A stretch of DNA of 33,414 nucleotides, taken from assembly GCF_006345805.1 (NCBI RefSeq), contig NW_021831719.1, positions 1 to 33,414 of the forward strand, written 5' to 3'. The notes beneath the pieces were generated by a model, which ran no database searches, had not been told where the DNA came from, and was given only the letters and a program-made list of their open reading frames with translations. A program made the translations under genes and the position numbers. This document shows, piece by piece, positions 23,780-33,414 of the stretch. Every line of letters starts with the position of its first letter. Within the stretch, counting starts at the first letter, position 1. The stretch is from Octopus sinensis (taxonomy: Eukaryota).

Positions 23780-24150
23780 ACCGTAAAAATTAATACAGAG
23801 AGTTGCTTATTTGCAAAAAAAAAAAAAAAGAAATATAACATGTGACTTCATTGACCGAGGTTACCGTGGTCTTTTCCGTAGGCTTTTCCTTCCACGGGTA
23901 AACCTCACCTGTCCTCCCCTTTACACTTCATTTTGACATATCTGTGATTACGATCCCTATTGATCAACTTTTTTTTCCTCTCCCCCCTCCCCCCTTTTTT
24001 AAATCCTCCCCTTTTTTTGTCCTCTTTCTTTCCTTTTATGATCCCTTTTGATCGAAAACCAACCCCCTTTTTTTTACCCCCAAAAGAAAAGCTCTACCCT
24101 GTAATTTGTTCTGTCTGTGTGCAGCCCTGTGTGGCTAATAAAGAAACATA
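22921..24150 (+). mobile_element. 5'-truncated Tx1-like LINE, copy 1
   Basis: ALRLRHL..WRCYREALPVRDKL..CPRCGQSDETALHAIVQCP (zf-RVT-like C-terminal domain), stop 23779, ~370-bp 3' UTR ending GGCTAATAAAGAAACATA-(TCTA)n. Confidence 0.92.
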
Positions 24151-24160
24151 TCTATCCATC

Positions 24161-24241
<81 letters not shown>
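24151..24241. repeat. (TCTA)n spacer between tandem Tx1 copies
   Basis: Direct inspection. Confidence 0.97.
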
Positions 24242-25330
24242 GGCCACCGTTTGTGAGGCACGCTTTCCCGCAACTCGTCTCCATAACCAAACTGCAGTCG
24301 TGGATCAAAAAGAGGTCGAGGAAGGGCGAATGGCACCGCGAGTGTCGCGTTGCTCTCAAGCAACTATGCCGTCCCGGGTCGACCTTGAGTGACTTCAATA
24401 CAACCAAAGCATTCTATAGGGGATTAGTGGAGGGGAGGTATGACGACGAGCTCGGGGCGAACCTGGACGTCGACGAGGAATACCTGACCAACCTGTTCAG
24501 GACGACTGTCGGGCCAGGACCCATGGACAACTTTCAGAGATCCCTGGCCTGGCAGTGCTACCGAGAAGCGCTACCCGTTCGGGATAAGCTCTATAGGCAT
24601 GGCTCGAGAAACACGGGGCCGACCTGCCCGAGATGCGGTCAGAGCGACGAAACCGTTCTGCACGCATTCGTTCAGTGTCCAACAATTTCCGACCTGTGGG
24701 CTTATGTCGAACGACTGCTGTCAAGTGTGGGACGAGTCGGTTTATCAGCTGAGTCTATCGTCAATATTGTCACGCCTCCTTCCTTCAAACGGGAAGGAAG
24801 AGCTATTTTCATCATTCTTGTGGCTATGGCGAAAGAATGTATCTGGTGGACGCGTCTGAAAGGATTAGAGACAAACACTTTCCTCTCTGGTCAATCTCTC
24901 ATCAACTTCTTCAAGTATCACTTGGAAGGGAAAGTGAGAGTAGAGAGGCAAGTTTTGTCTAGCGAATGTTTAAAAAAAAAGATGGGTGAATGTAGCAAGG
25001 ATGGCACGTATGAATGACGAAGCCACTTTGAGCATAATCCTATGAACTCGGAAATTTAAAACAGAGGGTTACCTACTTGCAAACAAATGTGTTAACATGT
25101 GACATTATTGACCAAAGTTACTGTGGTCTTTTCCGTAGGCTTTTCTTCCCCCTTTGCACTTTACATCATGACATTTCTGTGATACACGACCCCTATTGAT
25201 CGTTTTTTTTTCTTTCCCTTTTACGACCCTCTTTGATCGAAAACCTGCCCCACTTTTTTTCTCCCCAAAAAGAAAAGCTCTACTTTGTAATCTGTCCCGT
25301 CTGTGTGCAGCCCTGTGTGGCTAATACATA
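24242..25330 (+). mobile_element. 5'-truncated Tx1-like LINE, copy 2
   Basis: Collinear with copy 1 from position 22977; ORF 24253-25017 with a late frameshift in an A-run; ends GTGGCTAATACATA-(TCTA)n. Confidence 0.92.
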
Positions 25331-25760
25331 TCTACCTATCTATCTATCTGTCTTCTAATCTATCTGTCTACCTGCCTGCCTGTCTGCCTGCCTGCCTGTC
25401 TGTCTGTCTGTCTGACTGTCTGTCTGTCTTTCTGTCTGTCTCTCTGTCTCTCTGTCTGCCTGTCTGCCTCTCTGTCTCTCCCTCTCTCTCCCTCTCTCTC
25501 TCTCTCGTTATATATGCGTGTGTGTGTGTACATGTGATATGTACGTGTTTGTGTGAGTGTATGAATATGCATGATATATATCTGCGTGCGCGCGTGATAT
25601 GTACGTGTGTGTAATAAGTGTGTTCTGTTTATGTGTAGATATCTGTGTATCGTGGTTATATATATATGTGTGTGTGTGTTTGTGTGTGTGTGTTTGTGTG
25701 TGTGTATCTGTGTCCAAGCGTGATTGTATGTGAGCGTGTGTGTGTGTGTGGGTGTGTAGA
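25331..25760. repeat. (CTAT)/(CTGT)/(CT)/(GT) compound microsatellite
   Basis: Direct inspection. Confidence 0.9.
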
Positions 25761-26771
25761 GTTTGCATTTGATTCGCCCCTCTCGCCTCCCTTTCAGCCA
25801 TAGAAAACCTTCCGAAATTACTTTGAAATTCCAGCACAGTTCTCTCTCTCTCTCTCTCTCTCCTTCTCTGTTATAATCTTCTAGTTGCTACTGTTGTTGT
25901 TCAACCCCAGGTTAACCATGATCAAATAGGCCTCATTTGCTTTTTGTTCCGGGGTAGCATCGTATATGTAAAGCTATGACGTCATCTGATGGGTCCAATT
26001 TTTAAAAGCCGATAAGGTTTGACTGAGGAGAGACCTGGCTGCCACTTCTAGCATGTCGAGTCACCACATAGAAGTTATTCCTTGTGTTATCCCTCTTATA
26101 ATTGATTGCTTAAACCGCCACACACACTCAAAGATTATTGTCGTGTTCATGGTCAATGAAATCGACCCGTGTACATAACAGGTATCGGAAGAGAGCGATG
26201 GTGGTAGTGGTGGTAGTGGTGGTGGTGGTGATGGTAGCGGTGAAGGTAAGGCTGAGCTGAGGGACGTAGATATGAAAGCGAAGGAGATGGTTGTGGTGGT
26301 GGTGATAGTTGTAGAAATGTTGGTGATGATGACGGTGGTGGAGGGTAGTGAGAGGAGGCAGGGGTTTTGGTGGTGATGATGATAATGATGATGGTGACGC
26401 TCAATGTTGTTACGAAGGGGGTGGTGGTGACAGCAGGGATACTTGTGACTCTGTTGTGCCAGCTGCGATGGTGGTGGTGGTGGTTGGAACACACACACAC
26501 ACACACACAGTGTTGTATATGGATTCATAGAACCCTGTGGATGTCACAGAAGGCTCCTCCTGTGGAACCGGCTATCAGGTCACAGAGTAATCAAATACAG
26601 AGGAGTATAATTCCGAGTACCATGCAGTTGAAATCCAGAAGATTCAATCGATGGGATTAATTGTTTCCCGATGAATATATAAAACCATGGAAATCAGGTG
26701 GTATGAGAAGTGAATGCATTTAGTTACCCACCTGGTAATAATTGTACGATATCGCAGCCTTTATCATGTAA

Positions 26772-26987
26772 TAAACCTTTCTACTATAGACACAAGATCT
26801 GAAATCTGGGGCGGGGGATTAATCGATTACATCGACCCCAGTATTTCACTGGTACTTAATTTATCGAGCCTGAAAGGATGAAAAGCAAAGCGGATCTCGA
26901 TGGAATTTGAACTCAGAACGTAAGGACGGACGAAATGCCGCTAAGCATTTTTCCCGGCGTGCTAACGATTCTGCCAGCTCGCCGCCT
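26772..26987 (-). mobile_element. Type-1 SINE, full length, tail B
   Basis: GGCGGCGAGCTGGCAGAATCGTTAGCAC head, GAGTTCAAATTCC, core, tail CTTGTGTCTATAGTAGAAAGG. Confidence 0.9.
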
Positions 26988-27185
26988 TCCTTCATCATGT
27001 TATAATAATTTCACCGTATAAAAAATTATGCTTACATGGCTGCACTGATATGCATGCTACGCATTATACAATACGATTATATATTCACGAATCAATGCAG
27101 ATAAAGAGAGATAACTCACATCACCAGAATATTATGCTTACACTAACAAATACACCAACAAATACACACACACACACACACACAC

Positions 27186-27255
<70 letters not shown>

Positions 27256-27324
27256 CATAACAGACTTCCACATAATTTCCGACTACTATGTACACTCACA
27301 AGGCAATTGAGCAATCCGGGATAT

Positions 27325-27430
27325 TGTAGAAGACAAAAGTACTTGTCCAACTTGCCTTGCACCGGAATCGAACCTGAAAACCCCATGGTTGTAAAGCGAC
27401 CTTGTTGACCACTTATCCATGTCTGCCTAA
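27325..27430 (-). mobile_element. Type-2-like SINE head, degenerate
   Basis: GGCAGACATGGATAAGTGGTC..CAACCATGGGG..AGGTTCGATTCC..TTGGACAAGT. Confidence 0.55.
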
Positions 27431-27914
27431 CAAAGAAATTCATTTGCCAATCAAGCTCTACTTATCGCCTCACCACTCAGTGGCACTGTAGAAGCGATCA
27501 AGCTTTACAAACGATGCGGTTTCAAATCCTGATTAGACTCATTTTACATAATCGGCAAAGCTATTTGTACTTTTATTTATTTATTTTCAGTTTTACCTCC
27601 AGAGATCCTTTCGAAATCAAATGTCACGTGCCCATCTAAGAAATCAATATTCCATCTACTCCTGCCATTCCACTTCAGCAATTCTTTCCTGCTTTTGCTT
27701 TCCCTCCTCCAGACCTTCACACTCCGACTCAAGCTCATCTATCTCCTCCTCCTCTTACTCTTATTCAATTTCCTCCACCAAACTTGTGTGTGTCTGTGTA
27801 TCTGCTTCGCTCACCCGATACACGAGTACACTACCCGCCCCGCCCACCCCTTCCACAATTTGCCAATTGCCAAATAATAAAGCAGCCAATGCATTCTGTT
27901 ATTTCATCGTTATG

Positions 27915-27936
27915 GATGATGGCGTTGTTGTTGTTG

Positions 27937-27968
<32 letters not shown>

Positions 27969-29319
27969 GGTGGTGGAGGCTAAGCTGAAGGTTCTGGTTG
28001 AAGTAAAGTTGATGATGGTGACGGAGGTGGAAGATTTTGGTGACGGCGGTGATGGGGGTGGAGATTGTGGTGGTGTCGGTGGCTGTGTAGGGAGCGTTGT
28101 GATGGTGGAGAGGGTATCGAGTGCAATGCTGGTTGCATGGTGACATTTGTGATGGCGGTGATGGTGGTGATTGCAGCGATGGTGGTGGTGGTGGTGTTGT
28201 TAGTGGTGATGGTGGTTATGATGTTGGTGATGATGATGGAGATGGTTATAGTGATACTGGTGGTGGTGGTGGTGGTGGTGGTGGTCGTCGTTGTTTTAAT
28301 GAAGATGATGGAGCTGGTGGCACCGAAGATGGTATAATGGTAGTGGTGGTGGTGCTGGGTAATATTGATAAAGGTGAGAGGTGATGGAGTATGGGCGGGG
28401 TGAGAGGTTGTGTTGTATAAGAGAGGCTGTTGTTGTTATTTATGTTGTTTGTATTGCTAACAATGTGGATATTATTGCTCTTGTTGTTGTTGATGTTCCT
28501 TTTCATCTTCTTTTTCATCATCATCATCATCAGCAGCAGCAGCAGCAACAACAATACCATTGTTGTTGTTGTTGTTGTTGGTCTTGTTCCTGCCGCTATC
28601 ATTACTGATATTGCTGTTGATATTATTATTATTGTTATTGTTGTTGTTAATATTGTTTATATTATCGATACCGTTGTTGTTGTTGTTGTTGTTGTTGCTG
28701 GTTACATTTGATGTGGGGAAACATCAGAGGCAAAAAGTGCACTTAACACACAAGGAAGCCAGCCCTCCCTTTCGATACATCCACCCCTGCACCCCCACCC
28801 CGCCCCACACACCTCTCGCAATCTCTCTCCACCCCCACCCATCTAGCCAACCATGCCAGCCTGCACTCACTACACCACACCAATTGCACCTTATTGCACC
28901 CTAGCGTCCCGTGCTCCACCTCCTCCCTCACCCACACACGCACGCACGCACGCACATGCATTGCCGACCTCTCGTCGTCAGGTTCGAATAGCCACAAAGT
29001 ACCACATTCACTCTCCCTTGTCCTAACTTGTCCTCCCTTCACGTCACTCCCTCCCTCTCTCTCTCTCTCTCTCTGCATCCCCCTCTCTCCTTCTCTCTTT
29101 CTATCAGCCCCATTTCTCTTTCTCTTTTCTCACTCTTTTCCATCTAACACTTACTCCTCTCTTTCTTTCTCACCCTCTGTCTTTATATATATGTATATAT
29201 ATACTGATTTAGAAAAACTGCTATATATATATATATATACATATATACATATCCGTCTATATCTATCTATCTGTCCGTCTGTCTGCCTGTCTCTCTCTCT
29301 CTTTCTCTCTCTCTCTCTA

Positions 29320-29369
<50 letters not shown>

Positions 29370-31000
29370 ATGTGTATGTATGTATGTATGTATGTATGTA
29401 TTTATGCGTGTGTTCCTCTCTATCCTCCTCTCCTCTGCCATCTCTATTGACTTTCTCTCAATCTCACTCTCCACCCTAACCCGCCACCCTACGTAACCGT
29501 TCACCCCTCTCTCTCTCTCCCTAACAACGATTGAAATTTAGGCAAGAAAAGCAATATAATATTCTTGAGGAAAAAGGCGTTTGAGGGGAAAACCAGATTG
29601 TTTCCATCAGCTAAATCCTCCATCGTTCGCCGCCATCACCACCACCACCGCTGCCGCCGCCACCACCACCCCACCACCCACCACCACCACCACCACCACC
29701 ACCACCGCTGCCGTCGCCACCACCACCATCACCACCACCATCAACACCAACATTGCTCATTGTTGCCCATCATCATCATGAACGTCATCATTATTTTCCC
29801 ACCGTTGCCGACCGATGCTAACACTAACCACCAAGCTACCAATGATGATGATGATGATGATTATCTTCATCATCATCCTCATCATCCTCATCACCAGCAG
29901 CCCCCAATATCACCACAATGCTTGTTCTGTTAGAAACAGCAGCTAAATTTCCTCCAAATTACATTCTGCTCTCTTGATAAAAGATGCTGGATGATTTAAT
30001 TCACAATACTTCCTGTTGAGAAAAAGAAAATAAATAAAAGACAGGTTGGTCACGGTTGGAATACCCCATGATAAGAACAACTACAACCATCACCGTCACA
30101 AATACTACCACCACTATCCCCACCCCCACCCCGACCATTTCTTCCTTCGCCACTGCCACCACCTCCACCACTCCGCCTCCACCGCCACCACCGCTACCAC
30201 CGCCACCACCGCCTCCTCTCCACTTCATCAACGCCAACATTTGCCGAGCCAAGGAGGAAGCCTGCGAGACATAGTAGTTAAATTTCCCTCAAATCATACT
30301 CTACCATCTTAATTGAAGACAAGACGGTCATGGTTGGAGTGCTTTTAATCATATGTTTGCTTAGTCAGGCCTAACCCTTGGCGCCAAACAACTATAACAA
30401 CAAGCACAACAGCAACACAATCAGAACCGTGACCATCACCACGAATAACACCATCAACACCAACATCATCAATCTCACCATCACCACCACCACCACCACT
30501 ACCACTACCACCAATACCACAACCTTCACTATCTCTCTCCACAAACTCCGCCGCCATCTCTCGCCATCATCATGCTTATTAACACCCCCAATCATATCAA
30601 CATCTACACCATCACCATCGCCGCCACCACCACCACCACCAATAACAACAACAACACCACCACCACCACCACCATCACCACAGCTACCACTACCACCACC
30701 ACTTCCACCACCACCAACACCACCACCAACACCACCGCCGCCACCACCATCACCACCGCCACCACCATCACCACAGCCACCACCACCACCACCACCACCA
30801 CCACCAACACCAACACCACCACCATCACCAACACCAACACCACCACCACCACCACCATCACCACAGCCACCACCACCACCACCAACAACAACACCACCAC
30901 CATCACCACAGCCACCACCATCACCACAGCCACCACCACCACCACCACCACCACCACCACCACCACCACAGCCACCACTACCACCACCTCAAACATGCTC
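27915..31000. repeat. Extended low-complexity trinucleotide domain: (GGT/GAT/TTG)n, then (CT/TA)n, then (CAC/CAT/AAC)n
   Basis: Direct inspection; source of the poly-Pro/Thr/Val/His ORFs. Confidence 0.9.
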
Positions 31001-31759
31001 TTCCCCGCTCCATCTCATTATTGCTGCAGATCGATCTTAACGATTTCCAAACCCTAACTTCAAACGATTTCCTTCCCCCACCACCACCTCTATACCACTC
31101 CTCCCACTTCTATCTTTAACCTCCCTCCTCTCCGCTTCTCCCTTGTTCATTTCTCTCTCCCTCCCGCATACCCTTCCCCTTCATTTCCATTTCCTCTTCA
31201 CACATACACAAACACACACGCGCGCATTCCTCTCTTCCTTCATCTCTCAATATCTTTCACTCTCCTCTCCTTCTTCTTCTATCCCCATCCTCTCTCTCTC
31301 TCTCTCTCACACAACCTCTCTCTCCTCCACACACTCGCCATACATGCATTGTCCGCGCCCCAACCCCAGTCATGGTCGCTCACCACCCGTCCATCCACAC
31401 AACAACATCTACTCTTCCACCCTCTTACTACCACACTCTCGGCATAACTTTCAACTCCCCGTCCATCCTCACAATTCTTCTCGTTTCCAGCCCCTTTCCT
31501 CTCTTCCACACATCTTTCCTGTTGGAGGGGGATTCCATTCCGTATTTCTCTCTATCCCCCTCTCTCTTCCTCTCTCTCCTCTCTCTCTCTCTCTCCCCTC
31601 TCTCTGTAAATGAAGTGCATCTCACTCTCCTCATATCTACATATATTTATACACACACACATACATGTGTGTAATAATAATGGTAATAATAAATATTATT
31701 ATTTTAATTATTAGTGTTGCTGTTGTTATTATTATCATGATTATCATAATTTCAGAATT

Positions 31760-32138
31760 CTATGTATATGTGTATGCATGTGTGTGCATAGTGTGTATCA
31801 TTTGTACAAAATATTATGAATGAATGCATGTATGTATATGGACATATATATATACATAATATACATATATACATATATATCCGTATATATATATACATAT
31901 ATATATGTATATATATATGCATATATATATACATGTATATACATCTATATGTATGTATAAAAACATATATATATATACATGTATATGCATATATACATGT
32001 ATATACATATATATGTATATATATGTATTATATATGTATATATTAGGTATATATACATGTATATATATGCATATACATGTATATATATATATATGTATAT
32101 CTATGTTTACATGTATTACATGTGTATATATATACATG

Positions 32139-32172
<34 letters not shown>

Positions 32173-32230
32173 TAATATAATATTACATATAATACTGTAC
32201 ATTTATTAAGTATATCATGCATGCATATAT
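31760..32230. repeat. Degenerate (AT)n with CATG variants
   Basis: Direct inspection. Confidence 0.9.
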
Positions 32231-32239
32231 ATGCACACA

Positions 32240-32279
<40 letters not shown>

Positions 32280-32680
32280 TACACTTTGATCTTAACCAAA
32301 AGAACACAACCAGAACCTTCTTCAACCGGAAGAAATAAAATATATTTGAATTAAACTAGGTTATATACACCGGTAATATGGAAAATGGTCCGAATATCAA
32401 ACTGAAATCTCTGTGAATCTGATTCCCCTTTCATTACCTGGAGTTAAAACTCAAGTAAAATGCATCAACAAGTTTGGGCTTAACATACACTTAGGGTTAG
32501 AAATTATAAATAGGTTGGAACATGGAGGAATTTATGTTCAGGTAACAAGCATAATAATGGAAAAGCTTTGAGCAATCCAGATTAGTAAAATGACATGTGT
32601 ATGCATGTGCACTATGTGTGTCTGTCTGTATACATACATGCATATATATATATATATATAATATATAATATGAAAATATA

Positions 32681-32895
32681 TTTTATAAGCTTAAAGCTTA
32701 TGAGCAATCACCGTGCATTGACTAAGGTAAATAGTCTAATATCGGGACATAAAAGCCCTCGACGGAAATAAGTGGGCTTTACGGTTGACAGAGGCAAACC
32801 CCACATTTTTCCGTCCAGGACCCTTAAGCCCCAGTATTAGGCGATTTACTTTAGTCAATGCACGGCGATTGCTTATAAGCTTTAAGCTTATAAAA
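32681..32895. mobile_element. Long-TIR fold-back MITE (215 bp)
   Basis: 66-bp arms 32681-32746 and 32830-32895 (59/66); inner arms 32761-32780 and 32796-32815 (17/20). Confidence 0.88.
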
Positions 32896-33089
32896 TAATA
32901 TTATGTATGTATGTATGTATGTATGGATGGATGTATGTATGGATGGATGATGGATGGATGGTTGGATGGATTGATGAATGGATGGTTGGATGTAGTTGGA
33001 ATTTACAAAAAAAAACAACAAAAGACGAAGACGGGTGTGTAAACAACAAACAGGTGTATTAGTTTAACGCTCGGGAAGTGAAAAAGTCT

Positions 33090-33355
33090 GATACTTATTT
33101 AATCGGCCCTGAAAGGATGAAAAGCAAAGTCGACCTCGGCGGAATTTGAACTCAGAACGTAACAGCAGACGAAATACCTATTTCTTTATTACCCACAAGG
33201 GGCTAAACATAGAGGGGACAAACAAGGACAGACATAGGTATTAAGTCGATTACATCGACCCCAGTGCGTAACTGGTACTTAATTTATCGACCGCGAAAGG
33301 ATGAAACGGCAGACGAAATACCACTAAGCATTTCACCCGGCGTGCTGACGATTCT
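33090..33355 (-). mobile_element. Two nested or tandem type-1 SINE fragments (tail A)
   Basis: Core AAAGGATGAAAAGCAAAGTCGACCTCGGCGGAATTTGAACTC; tail A TTTCTTTATTACCCACAAGGGGCTAAAC at about 33180; internal deletion near 33305. Confidence 0.85.
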
Positions 33356-33414
33356 GTCCGTAAATATTGGATACTTGTCGGCCAATATAAATTTGAACCA
33401 CATTATGTAATCAT

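Noticed and set aside
22921-25360. CRISPR-like or LTR-like repeat-spacer arrangement
   Set aside because: The repeats are microsatellites and the intervening units are homologous LINE fragments; no cas genes, PBS or PPT.
26510-26720. Unique-looking segment as a possible exon
   Set aside because: Stops in most frames, no motif, no convincing donor/acceptor pair.
27621-31634. Poly-Pro/Thr/His/Val/Gly ORFs resembling extensins or mucins
   Set aside because: Direct translations of trinucleotide repeats, overlapping on both strands, with no splice or domain support.

Overview
Eukaryotic, repeat-saturated intergenic or intronic DNA, most likely from an octopus or related coleoid cephalopod (inferred from the tRNA-derived SINE families and extreme microsatellite density). 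I found no convincing host protein-coding exon; nearly all listed ORFs are microsatellite translation artefacts. The real content is retroelements: (i) about six R4/Dong-like non-LTR fragments (RT plus restriction-like endonuclease), mostly in or next to (TAA)n arrays, one with an uninterrupted 639-aa ORF; (ii) about five Tx1-like LINE fragments, two in tandem and bracketed by (CTAT)n; (iii) about 15 SINE copies of two head types; (iv) two Penelope-like remnants with hammerhead-ribozyme motifs. It also holds a full-length decayed mariner, a hAT/Charlie-like MITE, fold-back elements and a 1.36-kb binary 8-bp minisatellite. The most interesting signal is a candidate microsatellite-centred retroelement ecosystem: SINE 3' tails match the 3' ends of the Tx1 LINEs, both end in or insert into simple repeats, and the (ATT)n arrays host antisense (TAA)n-associated Dong-like LINEs. 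All alignments were done by eye; family names and novelty need database checks.
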